Below, piece by piece: positions 48,765 to 59,100 of a stretch of DNA of 64,000 nt. The stretch spans positions 64,001-128,000 of the IMG/VR virus record IMGVR_UViG_3300035703_000020, one strand, 5' to 3'. The notes under the pieces are model-generated. The model was not told the DNA's origin and searched no databases. It saw nothing but the letters and a program-made list of their open reading frames with translations. The stretch's first letter is position 1, and each line of letters opens with the position of its first letter. Both the position numbers and the translations under genes were made by a program. The stretch comes from a virus.

Positions 48765-49510
48765 AAGTCCAGGTCGACCTCCTCCTCGCTCGTCTTCTCG
48801 AACGAGCCCAACACCCCGACGGGCGTCTCGTATCCCGAGGCGCCCTTCGATCTATTCGCCGCCGCGCAGACGGCGATCAGCCTGGCGTTGTCCTCGTGGA
48901 ACATCGGCCAGGCGTCGTTGTACTTGGGCTCCTTGAAGCGCTTGAGGTTCGGCGGCCCGACCAGCGCGAGGTCGCAGTACGTCAGCCCTAGCGACTCGAC
49001 CCACTCGTCGGCCAGCTGCACGAACGGCTTCCCGAGGTGGTCGATGTCGACGCGCATTCCAGGCCTCAGCTGCTTCCCGGTCACGTAGCACTCGACCGGG
49101 TACTGCAGAGTCTTGCGGTAGGAGCGGAGCTGGCAGTCGACGAGCTGGCGCATGGCCGCGCGGACGGCCGTGACGTGCTTACGCTCCGTGTTCGGGGCCC
49201 TCTTGGTGACGCGGGGCGGGTACAGCTGGTCGACGAGCTGATTCTTCGGGATCGGGTACTCCTTCCCGTCCTTGCGCTTCATCACGGCCATCTTGACCTT
49301 GCGCGGGCCGCAGGGCCACATCTTCACCCTCAGCTCCACGTCCGGCTCGTTCGCGACGGTCGAGAACCTGTCGGCCAGCCGCGCGGCGGTGATGATGAAG
49401 TTCCGGGGCTCGCCGATGAGCTTCGACCCGGCGCGGTGGGCCTCGATGATCCGAGACAGCTTGTCCGAGAACTCGCCCTTGTTGAGGCCGAAGGTCTCCT
49501 TTCCGATCAT
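48761..49510 (-). CDS. Putative HNH-like nuclease
   Basis: C..TG...DIDH...F...VC...N..KG pattern; only well-supported minus-strand gene; ends EEEVDLDF. Confidence 0.55.
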   Translation of the reverse strand: MIGKETFGLNKGEFSDKLSRIIEAHRAGSKLIGEPRNFIITAARLADRFSTVANEPDVELRVKMWPCGPRKVKMAVMKRKDGKEYPIPKNQLVDQLYPPRVTKRAPNTERKHVTAVRAAMRQLVDCQLRSYRKTLQYPVECYVTGKQLRPGMRVDIDHLGKPFVQLADEWVESLGLTYCDLALVGPPNLKRFKEPKYNDAWPMFHEDNARLIAVCAAANRSKGASGYETPVGVLGSFEKTSEEEVDLDF

Positions 49511-49574
49511 GGTCCTTTACCGCGGCCGGCCGCGGCGCATAATGTGGGCGTATAACGCAGGAAGCGATGGGTCC

Positions 49575-50138
49575 GTGAGCCACTTCTCCCCCGTCCCGCC
49601 GGGAGAGAGGAAGTACGCCCCGAACTACAGGAAGGAGCTGCAGCCGCTCGAGGCCCAGCTTGTCAGGGTCAGCGGCCGGGTCAAAGAGTTCAGGGACCAC
49701 CCCGAGCGCTCGGACCTCCGATCGCTGCTCCTGGTGAACCTGATCATAACCCCCGTCCCGAGGGGCAGATCGATCAAGCTCTCGCACCTGTGGGTGCTCG
49801 AGAAGCACGTCAGACGCACCGGGATCGAGCCCAAGCAGGGCCGCAGGGTGACATTCGTCGGGTCGGTCTACGCGTACTTCAGACTCGGCGGGAAATCAAA
49901 GCAGCGCGGGCTTCTGGGCTCGCACGACTTCTCAATCCTCCCGATGCACAGGGACCAGATCGAGACGTTCAAACCAGGCATAAAACAACGCTATGAAATT
50001 GAAGACGAAAGAGCCCTCGACGGCGGAGATGGCGGAGGCGAAGGCCGAGGCGACCGCGTGGGCGAAGCAGCGGCTGTCGGACCCGCGGACGGTCATCGTC
50101 GACGTCGAGACGACCGGCATCCTATCCCGAGACCCTGA
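49575..50138 (+). CDS. Hypothetical protein (start uncertain)
   Basis: 3' part of listed ORF 49272..50138; GTG downstream of TATAAC; overlaps the next gene. Confidence 0.4.
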   Translation: MSHFSPVPPGERKYAPNYRKELQPLEAQLVRVSGRVKEFRDHPERSDLRSLLLVNLIITPVPRGRSIKLSHLWVLEKHVRRTGIEPKQGRRVTFVGSVYAYFRLGGKSKQRGLLGSHDFSILPMHRDQIETFKPGIKQRYEIEDERALDGGDGGGEGRGDRVGEAAAVGPADGHRRRRDDRHPIPRP

Positions 50139-50622
50139 TACCGAGATCTGCCAGCTCTCGATGATCAACACGGCCGGGCGCCCGCTGCTCTCGATGCTGA
50201 TCCAGCCCAACCGGCCGATCCCGCTCGAGGCGACCAGGATCCATGGGATCGAGCAGCGCGACGTCGCCCACTGCCCGCCCTTCCAGGTGGTCGGCGACCT
50301 CGTCGCCGGGCTGATGCAGGGGCGCCACGTGGTGGCGTACAACGCCGCCTTCGACGTGCACCTGATCACCCACATGCTCGCGAAGTACGGCATCGAGGTC
50401 CCGGACTTCGACACGTCGTGCTGCATGGAGGAGTACGCCCGCTGGTGCGGCCAATGGGACTCCCGCAAGGACGACTGGAAGTGGCAGAAGCTGCCAAAGT
50501 TGGCCTACGGCAATGCACACGACTCGCTCACGGACTGTATGTCGACCCTGCTGCTGATGCGGAAGATGGTCGGGGACTTCTCTGACGAGCCGTCGGCCGA
50601 CGATCTCGACCTGGACTTTTGA
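49993..50622 (+). CDS. DEDDh 3'-5' exonuclease (DnaQ-like)
   Basis: VDVETTG, IHGI, AYNAAFD and HDSLTD motifs. Confidence 0.88.
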   Translation: MKLKTKEPSTAEMAEAKAEATAWAKQRLSDPRTVIVDVETTGILSRDPDTEICQLSMINTAGRPLLSMLIQPNRPIPLEATRIHGIEQRDVAHCPPFQVVGDLVAGLMQGRHVVAYNAAFDVHLITHMLAKYGIEVPDFDTSCCMEEYARWCGQWDSRKDDWKWQKLPKLAYGNAHDSLTDCMSTLLLMRKMVGDFSDEPSADDLDLDF

Positions 50623-50631
50623 GGTGCACCA

Positions 50632-50799
50632 ATGCTGAGACTCCTGGAACTGCTCATCCGTGGCCACATCCACGACTGGGAGACCATTGACCAGCGCAGA
50701 TTCAACTGGTCCAACGACTTCGGGGAGCAGGGGACCTGCACCCGCTTCTACCTCCGCTGTAAGAAATGCGGCTGGATCCGCAAGATCGACTGCAGATGA
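50632..50799 (+). CDS. Small Zn-ribbon-like protein (55 aa, not in ORF track)
   Basis: GAGGTG RBS; H.H.W...CKKCG. Confidence 0.5.
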   Translation: MLRLLELLIRGHIHDWETIDQRRFNWSNDFGEQGTCTRFYLRCKKCGWIRKIDCR

Positions 50800-51020
50800 G
50801 GCACTTCGCGAGCTGGTACTACACCGCCCGCGCGGGCACTATACTATACGGCTGGGCGTGCCTCAGGCTGGCCGTCCGCTACTGGAGGTTCCTCGTGTTC
50901 GGCTCGGACAAGTACGGGCCCCGCGAGGTGGAGGGCGCCAGGATACAGTTCTTCGAGTCGCTCGACCCCAAGTCGATCTCCGACGACTTCATACGCAACA
51001 ACCACCTGAGACTGCAATGA
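50796..51020 (+). CDS. Small hypothetical protein
   Basis: ATGA overlaps at both ends. Confidence 0.45.
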   Translation: MRHFASWYYTARAGTILYGWACLRLAVRYWRFLVFGSDKYGPREVEGARIQFFESLDPKSISDDFIRNNHLRLQ

Positions 51021-52567
51021 CGTCCAAGCTCAACAGGATAGCGATAGTCGGCGGCGGGTCCGCTGGCTGGATGTCCGCGGCGACGATGGTCAGGGCGCTG
51101 CCGGACGCCGAGGTCGTCATCATCGAGAGCCCGGACCACCCGGTCGTCGGGGTCGGCGAGAGCACGCTGGGATCGATTAGGGACTGGACGAATTGGCTCG
51201 GGCTGGACGAGGACGAGCTCATCCGCGGCACCGACGCGTCGATCAAGCTCAGCATCCGGTTCACCAACTTCGAGACCGAGAGCTCCGGGTCGTTCCATTA
51301 CCCGTTCGGGCAGGTCGTCCTCCCCGAGAACCACGACAATGGCACGTCCGACTGGTACCTCCGCAAGGCCATGGACCCGTCGCTGCCGGTCCAGGACTAC
51401 GCCAGGACCTACTTCCCGAACATGGCGCTCGTGGAGGCCAACCGGGTCTCCCGCGACGCGCGTGCACTCGACGGGTTCCTCTACAGGAGGGACACCGCCT
51501 TCCACTTCGACGCGATCAAGTTCGGCCAGTGGCTCAAGACCGGCTACTGCCTGCCGCGCGGGGTCGAGCTCATCCAGGACTCCGTCGAGCACGTCAGCAC
51601 CTCTGACGGCGCGGTGACGTCCCTCCGCCTGAGCCGCGGCGGCGAGGTCTCGGCCGACCTGTACATCGACTGCACGGGGTGGAAAGGGCTGCTCATAGGC
51701 GAGGCACTCGGCGTCGGCATGCGGCCGTTGAGGGACCTGCCCAACAACAGGGCCATCGCCACGCGCGTGCCCTACGTCGACAAGCGCTCGCAGCTGGTGC
51801 CGTACACGGACTGCACCGGGCTCAAGAACGGGTGGGTGTGGAACATCCCGCTGTGGTCGCGCATGGGCATCGGCTACGTGTACAGCGACGCGCACACGTC
51901 CCACGACGGCGCGCTCTCGGAGCTCGAGGGCTACCTGGCCGGGCTCGGCGTCAGGGATTTCGACAGCCTGGAGTTCCGGCCGATCGAGATCGGCACGGGG
52001 CTGCGGCACGAGATCTGGAGCTCCAACGTGGTCGCCATAGGCCTGTCGGCGGGGTTCATCGAGCCCCTCGAGAGCAACGGGCTCTTCACCGTGCACCAGT
52101 TCCTGCTCAAGCTGGCGACGCTCGTCCAGCGCGGGGACGTCAACCAGTGGGACCGCGACTGCTTCAACTGGGCGGCGAGGCGCCAGTTCGAGTCGTTCGA
52201 GGAGTTCGTCGCGCTCCACTACGCCCTCAGCCGCCGGGACGACTCGGAGTACTGGCGCGACGTGACCGAGATGAGCCGCGCGTCCAACCTGGCGGCGAGC
52301 GTCGGCGACTACATGTTCTACGCCGACCAGCGGCTGGTCTCCAAGCGCTTCGACCCCGTGGCCGGCATGCAGTGCATCGCGACCGGGATGAACCGCTTCC
52401 CCCTCAGCGAGATCGAGCTGCTGCCCATCTTCGAGATGCACGGCGTGGATCCACGCCACAACGCCGCCGCCTACGATAGGGCGGCGGCTGTGCAGAGGGC
52501 TCGGTGGGACTCCGCCGCCGCATCCCTCCCCACGCTGCACGAATTCCTGGAGAGAATCCACAGATGA
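51017..52567 (+). CDS. Flavin-dependent (tryptophan) halogenase-like protein
   Basis: True start MTSKLN; GGGSAG FAD motif, GVGEST, catalytic-position K in ASIKLSIRF, WVWNIP, FIEPLESNG. Confidence 0.9.
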   Translation: MTSKLNRIAIVGGGSAGWMSAATMVRALPDAEVVIIESPDHPVVGVGESTLGSIRDWTNWLGLDEDELIRGTDASIKLSIRFTNFETESSGSFHYPFGQVVLPENHDNGTSDWYLRKAMDPSLPVQDYARTYFPNMALVEANRVSRDARALDGFLYRRDTAFHFDAIKFGQWLKTGYCLPRGVELIQDSVEHVSTSDGAVTSLRLSRGGEVSADLYIDCTGWKGLLIGEALGVGMRPLRDLPNNRAIATRVPYVDKRSQLVPYTDCTGLKNGWVWNIPLWSRMGIGYVYSDAHTSHDGALSELEGYLAGLGVRDFDSLEFRPIEIGTGLRHEIWSSNVVAIGLSAGFIEPLESNGLFTVHQFLLKLATLVQRGDVNQWDRDCFNWAARRQFESFEEFVALHYALSRRDDSEYWRDVTEMSRASNLAASVGDYMFYADQRLVSKRFDPVAGMQCIATGMNRFPLSEIELLPIFEMHGVDPRHNAAAYDRAAAVQRARWDSAAASLPTLHEFLERIHR

Positions 52568-52770
52568 GCTACGCCGACCGTAGAGACAGGGCGATCGGGA
52601 TCCTGATGGAGGCCATCCGCGCCATCCCGCAGGACGCGATCGTCTCGGCCGTGCTGCACGGCTGCAACAGCGAACTTCACGAGGTGGCCGAGGAGACGTA
52701 TGAGTGGCTCGCCACGCTGCGACGCTTCCCTGTGTACCCCAAAAGAGAGGGCGGCAATGGGGATGTTTGA
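52564..52770 (+). CDS. Small hypothetical protein
   Basis: ATGA overlap; MSYADRRDRAIG... Confidence 0.5.
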   Translation: MSYADRRDRAIGILMEAIRAIPQDAIVSAVLHGCNSELHEVAEETYEWLATLRRFPVYPKREGGNGDV

Positions 52771-53158
52771 CTGGGTGCGTTGCGGGTGTCTTCACACACA
52801 CGACCCGCGTGTGGACACACACACGACGTACCAGACCAAGGACCTCGACTGCTGCCTCGACGACTACTGGGTCGACCCGGCCGGGCAGATCTGGCGGGTC
52901 GACTACTCTGGCACGCACGACTACGTTGAGGAGCCGCCAGAGGAGGTGGAAAAAGCCAGGCTGGAGAAGCGCTGGCTACCGCCATTCACCCCAGTGCCGA
53001 ACGGCAACCGAGGGAGGGTGAGGCCGCTCGACCTCACGCGCACCATCCGCCTCCACCCAGCACAGTGGAAGCACCACAAGCCCGACCACAGCGACTGGCC
53101 GGAGTACGAGCTAACGTTCAGAGACGGAAAAGTCATCCTCATCCAATGCTTAAAGTAA
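52757..53158 (+). CDS. Conserved phage hypothetical protein
   Basis: MGMFD...QTKDL.C....Y...G...F.DG motif, common in phages. Confidence 0.6.
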   Translation: MGMFDWVRCGCLHTHDPRVDTHTTYQTKDLDCCLDDYWVDPAGQIWRVDYSGTHDYVEEPPEEVEKARLEKRWLPPFTPVPNGNRGRVRPLDLTRTIRLHPAQWKHHKPDHSDWPEYELTFRDGKVILIQCLK

Positions 53159-53880
53159 CCGAAGACGCAATCACCAATGACGCCCACTGGGTCATCTCAG
53201 GATCGTCCAAAGCCCGACTGGTCAACGCGACTCCACACCTTGATGAGACTGTGGGCTACGTGGCACGTGTATCGAGCAAGGCTCAGGAGAATCCATCCGT
53301 CGAGCGGCTGCTCGGGTACTGCGCCAAGCACGGGCACTGGAGCGTCTTCGAGCAGGGGTCGATCACGGTAGAGGTCGTCACGCCGCTAGCTATCGCGATC
53401 CAGGCTCTGCGGCACCGGAGCTTCTGCTTCCAGCAGTTCAGCGGCCGGTACCAGGACCACTCCGAGATGGCGGGCATGACGCTCGGCCTGCCGGCGCTGT
53501 CCGGCATGTTCTACATGCCCGAGGTGGCGCGCCTGCAGGACCCCAAGAACAGGCAGAACAGCGTCGCGACCGACGACGAGGGGCTCACGGCTGAGATGCG
53601 CGCCGACATGACGATGGCCTACGAGGTCGCGATCGCCTGCTACGCGTCGCTCATCGAGAAGGGCATCGCGAAGGAGATCGCCAGGTTCGTGCTCCCGGAG
53701 GGCGTGTACACGCGGCTCTACGTCACCGGCAGCCCGCGCTCGTTCATCCACTACTGCGGCGTCCGCGACGACGAGGGCGTGGCGCAGCTCGAGCACGTCG
53801 AGCTGGCGCGCGCGGTCCGAGCGGTGTTCTCGCAGGCGTGCCCGGTCATCGCCAGATCTATCTGGGGAGGGGCCGTCTAA
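53146..53880 (+). CDS. thyX: Flavin-dependent thymidylate synthase
   Basis: H.SVFE, RHRSFCFQQFSGRY ThyX motif, E.AR.VLP, AQ.EH. Confidence 0.92.
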   Translation: MLKVTEDAITNDAHWVISGSSKARLVNATPHLDETVGYVARVSSKAQENPSVERLLGYCAKHGHWSVFEQGSITVEVVTPLAIAIQALRHRSFCFQQFSGRYQDHSEMAGMTLGLPALSGMFYMPEVARLQDPKNRQNSVATDDEGLTAEMRADMTMAYEVAIACYASLIEKGIAKEIARFVLPEGVYTRLYVTGSPRSFIHYCGVRDDEGVAQLEHVELARAVRAVFSQACPVIARSIWGGAV

Positions 53881-53904
53881 GATAGGTTGGTATAGGCAAA
53901 CACA

Positions 53905-54861
53905 ATGGCGCTGCGAGAGGAGTCCTTCGAGCTCGATCTCGAGCCTGCGCCCCTGGTCGTCTTCGACTTCATGGTCGCGGCCTGGGGCGTGTTCGGCTAC
54001 CTACAATCGATCGAGCACCTCTACACGCCGGAGATGCTGCAGAAGATCACCAAGGCCCTGTGGGCGATCAAGGCGAACCGCGGGCCGGACATGCTACCGC
54101 GGCACGGCTACAACATCGTGGTCGTCTCGGACAAGAGGTACGAGGCCTACGGCACGTACTGGCGCGGCGTGGAGATACGCAAGGACGAGCGGATGGAGGT
54201 GGTCTGGGAGGAGTACTGCGAGGCCAAGGGCCTCGACCAGGCCGGCACCGCGACCGGCTACAAGGGCAACCGCCGCGAGAAGGACGACAACTTCTACCAG
54301 GTCGTGGAGACCGGCTGGGAGTACTGCCAGCGGTACTTCCCGTGCTTCAAGGAGGAGGGGCTCGAGGCCGACGACTGGGCCGGCGCCATCTTCCGCGTGT
54401 CGAGGGACACGAAGGGCGTGTGCCGCGACCGCCAGGTCCTGCTGAGCACGATCGACCGCGACTGGTCGATGCTCGTCGACGAGTCGCACCGCGTCTACTG
54501 GGCCAACACGCGCATCCCGGGGCCGAAGGAGCGCATCCAGGAGCGGCTGGCGGGCGAGGATCAGGTGCTGCTTCACACGGAGATGAAGTTAGGAGTAAAA
54601 ATAAAGCACCCGCGCTTCCTGGCGCACGCCAAGCAGGAGCAGGGCGATCTCGGCGACAACCTCCCGCCGGGCTCCCCGCTCGAGTACTTCGACCTCTGCG
54701 AGCCCCACCCCAAGTACCGGGTGGAGGAACTGGAGGACTACCCTCGTCTCGTCGAGGCGCTGAACGACCCGGCGCCGAACGTGATCCACGAGCACATGGA
54801 CAAGGCGCTGGCGGCCTTCAGGAAGATCGGGCTCGAACCGCCTCCGTACTCCTTCTGCTAG
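53905..54861 (+). CDS. 5'-3' exonuclease / RNase H (PIN/FEN fold)
   Basis: YWR, YKGNR, EADD, DRD and GD.GDN.P motifs. Confidence 0.8.
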   Translation: MALREESFELDLEPAPLVVFDFMVAAWGVFGYLQSIEHLYTPEMLQKITKALWAIKANRGPDMLPRHGYNIVVVSDKRYEAYGTYWRGVEIRKDERMEVVWEEYCEAKGLDQAGTATGYKGNRREKDDNFYQVVETGWEYCQRYFPCFKEEGLEADDWAGAIFRVSRDTKGVCRDRQVLLSTIDRDWSMLVDESHRVYWANTRIPGPKERIQERLAGEDQVLLHTEMKLGVKIKHPRFLAHAKQEQGDLGDNLPPGSPLEYFDLCEPHPKYRVEELEDYPRLVEALNDPAPNVIHEHMDKALAAFRKIGLEPPPYSFC

Positions 54862-54862
54862 C

Positions 54863-56170
54863 ATGCCGAACTTCCTGGCCGGACTGACGAGCGGGCAATC
54901 CCAGAGCGCCCTGAACGCGGCCGGGTCGTCCTTCGGCGTCGGCAACGTGGGGTCGCTCGCCTACTCCGGCTCGGCGGCCGTCGCCGCCCTGCAGAACACG
55001 AACGGGCAGGCGCTGCAGCAGGCGGGCTTCAACGCCGCGATCAGCCTGACCAGCGGCGCGTCGCTCGGCACCGTCGCGTCCAACGCCCTCTCGAGCCTGA
55101 CCGGCGTGAGCTTCGGGCCCCTGAGCGGGCTCCTGGGCGGTGGCGGCGGGCTCAGCGGCGTCAAGCCCGTGGCCCTCCACACCGAGTTCGCGGCAGGGCC
55201 CGCGGAGATGGGCCGCACCTACGGTGAGCAGGACCTGGTCTTCTACCTGCTGAGGGCAGACCAGGGGGCCGCGTCCGCCACCACCAAGATCGAGGACCAG
55301 ACGGCCGCCGCGGGCGGCGGGCAGCTGGGGACGCTCGGGACGCTGGCCTCCGTCGCGACAGTCGCCGGGGCGATCACGGGCAACGCCGTCGTGCAGAACG
55401 TGGCGACGGGCCTGGCGTTCGCGAAGGCGGCAACGGGCCTGTTCAACAAGGGGCCCGCGGCCGCGATTTCAGCCCTGGCGGGCGGCGGCGGCTCCGGCAA
55501 CCTGGCCGCCAAGGACATCCAGAACACGGACCTCCCGGGCACGATGCCCACGGAGTGGTACTTCATCACGCCGCCGCAGGACGTCAACTGGTCCAAGGAC
55601 TCGAAGAGCGGCGCGGTGGAGACCTACGGCACGAACTCGCCGTACGTGACCTACGCCGCGACGGGCCTGAGGAAGCTGTCGCTCGGCAACGCGATGCTCG
55701 AGGGCTTCTCCAACGGCAAGCAGGTCGAGGGCAACGTCACGCAGCTCGAGGCGTCGATGAACATGGTGCTGCAGAGCGGCTACACCGCCCCCTTCTGCTG
55801 GAAGGTGTACTGCGGCCCCACGAAGGAGTACGGGACGTTCATCATCTCCTCCGTGAAGGTGAAGGAGGCGATGAGAGACATGAGCGGTTACGCCACGCGG
55901 GCCTTCGTCGACGTTGACCTGATAGAGGTCCCGTCGTACCAGGTGTCCGGCGGCATCGACCTGGCTGGCGGGAGCATCCTCAGCTCCGGGCTGTCGAGCG
56001 CCGCCAAGGGCGCTAGCGCGGCGTCCTCCAACTCGTCCGCGTCGCAGAACGCGGCGGCCGCGTCCGCCACGCCCAAGCCACCGGCGAGTACGGCTAGCAC
56101 GGCTGCAGCCGCCGCGAAGGCGCCCGCGGCACCGGCCGCGGCCGCGCCCGGCACCAGACTCGCGCAGTGA
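54863..56170 (+). CDS. Tail-related protein (possible tube initiator/P2 gpU-like domain)
   Basis: Gly/Ala-rich N-terminus; G.F.I.SV.V.E..RD..G...RA.VDV.L.E domain; adjacent to the tape measure gene. Confidence 0.45.
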   Translation: MPNFLAGLTSGQSQSALNAAGSSFGVGNVGSLAYSGSAAVAALQNTNGQALQQAGFNAAISLTSGASLGTVASNALSSLTGVSFGPLSGLLGGGGGLSGVKPVALHTEFAAGPAEMGRTYGEQDLVFYLLRADQGAASATTKIEDQTAAAGGGQLGTLGTLASVATVAGAITGNAVVQNVATGLAFAKAATGLFNKGPAAAISALAGGGGSGNLAAKDIQNTDLPGTMPTEWYFITPPQDVNWSKDSKSGAVETYGTNSPYVTYAATGLRKLSLGNAMLEGFSNGKQVEGNVTQLEASMNMVLQSGYTAPFCWKVYCGPTKEYGTFIISSVKVKEAMRDMSGYATRAFVDVDLIEVPSYQVSGGIDLAGGSILSSGLSSAAKGASAASSNSSASQNAAAASATPKPPASTASTAAAAAKAPAAPAAAAPGTRLAQ

Positions 56171-56184
56171 GGAACTAGACTGAC

Positions 56185-59100
56185 ATGGCAGACAAGGAAA
56201 TCAGGCTAGTTGGGTCGTTTAAGGACGACATCACGCCGAAGCTGGCGAAGCTGTCGAAGGAGATCGACGCCGTCACAAAGAGCTTCACCAAGATGCAGGG
56301 GAAGCTCAGGCCGATCGCGCGCGACATGGGCGTCCTCGCCATGGCCTCAGAAAGGCTCGGCGACGGCCTGCGCTCGCAGCGCACCGGGTTCGAGACCAAC
56401 ATCCGGGCGATGCAGCAGTACCGCTCGGAGATGGGCAAGGTCGCCCGCGCCCAGCGCGCGATCCGGCCGACGACGCTCTCGGCCCCTCGCGGCGGGGGCG
56501 GCGGCACCCCGCGCGTTCGCGGCGGCGGTGGCGGAGGGACCGGCATAGGCGAGATCGCCATCGGTAGCGCCATCGGCGGCGTGGTGACCAGCGCGATCGT
56601 CGCCGGGTTCCAGACCGGCGTCCAGCTGATGACGAAGCCGTTCGAGATGTTCGGACGCGCGTTCGCCGAGAGGATCGGCGACGAGATGGAGGACATCAAG
56701 TCGGCCGGCGGGATGTTCGCGCTCGACAAGAAGTCGAAGACCCCGTTGTTCACGTCCTTCGAGGACGCGATGAAGATGCAGGAGGGGCTCAACAGGTCCC
56801 TCGCCAAGTCCGCCGCGGCGCTGCCCGGCGCGACGAGCGACTACGTGAAGGCGGCCCGCGGCCTGACCGACACGGTGATGGGCGCGTTCACCAAGAACGA
56901 GGAGGCATTCAAGAAGTTTGCCACCGAGCTCGGTGCGCGCCAGGGCGCGACGTCCGAGGAGGCCATCACCAAGGTGCTCCAGCGGTTCACCGAGCAGACG
57001 GTGCTGCTGGGCCAGGGGCAGAAGGGCGGCATGCCCCTCACGATGCTGATGGAGCAGCTCGTCACGCGCGAGTCGGTCAACATCACGGGCATGGCAGCCC
57101 GCTACGCCCAGCTCAGGAGCAACCCGCTGCTGGCGGGCATGCTCAAGGACGCCGAGGCGGAGATCAACAAGACGACGGCGGGCACCGCCGAGCGCTTCAG
57201 GGCCGTGATGAAGGCCCTCGACGCCGCACTGCCGCAGGAGGTCGTCAACAAGATGCGCAGGTCGGTGAGCGGCCTGATCGAGGCGACCCGCTCGGCGTTC
57301 CTCGACCCCGACACCGGCCTGTTCGGCCTGTCGCGCGAGCTGCAGATGACGGTCCCGGCCGTCAACCAGTTCGGCCAGTACGTCGACGAGAACGGCAAGG
57401 CCGTCCGCGACGCGGCGCTGGCGGCGCGCGAGTCGACGTCGCTGTTCAAGATCCTCAAGGAGACGCTCGCGAACTTCGCGGTGCCCATCCTCGAGCTGCT
57501 CAGCACGCTGCCCCAGATCTTCGACCCGTTCAAGAAGATCGCGGAGCAGTTCAAGGAGCTGCGCGAGACTTCGAACCTGTTCTACCGCAACTTCAACTCC
57601 TACACGAAGTGGTTCGAGAACCAGTCCGCCAACTTCATGAAGCAGGCGGAGAAGATCACCGACCCCAAGGCGGCCGCGGACCTCAAGCGCCGGGCCAACA
57701 TGCTCAAGGAGCAGGCCGGCGGGCGCGGCGCGCTCGCGACCCTCAACAACGCGCTGGCGTCCATCGGGGCGATCGACGACAAGCAGTTCAAGGCCAACGC
57801 CGCCAAGCTCGCCGACACCAGCAAGGCCGGGATCGAGTCCTTCGGGGCCAAGGGCATGGCGGAGATGACCAAGACCCTCCTCGTGCAGTTCGGCAACTCG
57901 AAGTACATCGCCGACCTGGCCGAGACGCTCGGCAAGGCGATGGGCGCGTTCATCGACACCGTGTTCACGATGCTCGACGGCGCGCTGTCAGGCGTTGAGA
58001 GCAAGACCGGCAACAAGATCGTCGAGGCGTTCGGCCGCGGCTTCGCCAGCGTGATCAACAAGCGGCGCGCGGACGAGATCGCTGAGATCATCGACAGGCT
58101 GCTGACCAAGGTCTTTGATATGGCCGCCAACATCCTGATCACGAAGGTGATCCCGGCGATCGGCGTGGCCATCATCAAGTCGATCGAGGCCGCCTGGAAG
58201 GCGGGCCCGCTCGGGAAGTTCCTGGTCATCGTTGGCGTGCTGACGACCTTCCAGCGAGCCGTGGTGGCCGCGACGGCTGCCATGAAAGCCCTGGCACTGC
58301 TGAGGGCGCTCGGCGGCGGTGGCCTCCGGGGTCTGGGCGGCGTTGCCGGCCCGGCGAGGACGGCGGCCGGAAGCAGAGCGATGGCCATCGGGGCCGGGAT
58401 ACGTGGATCGTTCCGCGGGTCGCTCATGGGGCGGGCCGGGACGGCGATGGCCGCGCGGGGCATGCCAGCGATGCCTGGCTTCATGGGCGGCGCGATGCAG
58501 GGCGTCCGCGGGGCGGGGGCCCGGATGACCAAATTCATGCGCAGCCCGGTGGGCGGGGGAATCGGGGCCGGCGCCCTGACCGCCGTGTTCTCCGGGCTCG
58601 AGACCCTCTCGCAGCTTGAGGGCATCGACGCCGAGCGCTCGCAGCTCGAGAAGGAGCGCAAGGAGGCGCTGAAGCAGGGCGACTACCAGCGCGTGGCCGA
58701 GATCGGCAAGGAGCAGTCCGCGCTGGCCGACCTCAAGGGCAAGACCCAGGCCGAGGGCGTTGGCGGCATCGCCGGCTCGCTCGCGGGTGGGGCGCTGGGC
58801 GGCCTGATCGGCGGCCCCATCGGCGCCATGATCGGCGCGCAGGTGGGCAACGCCATCGGCACGAAGTTCGGCCCGGCCATCGGCAACTGGTGGAACAGCA
58901 CCGCGGCGCCCTTCCTGTCCAACCTCGGCGCCACGATCGGCAACTTCTTCACCCAGACCATCCCCGCCTGGTGGAGCGGCACCGCGTGGCCCGGGATCCA
59001 GAACGCCTTCAACCTCCTCAAGGACGGCATCGGGCTGGTCTTCAAGGTGCTGTTCTGGCCGCAGACGATGGCGCTGAACCTGATCCGCGGCCTCGCCCAG

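Noticed and set aside
55980-56170. Ala/Ser-rich tail of 54863 and the D/E runs near 36640-36990 as tandem DNA repeats
   Set aside because: These are low-complexity protein sequence without exact nucleotide periodicity.
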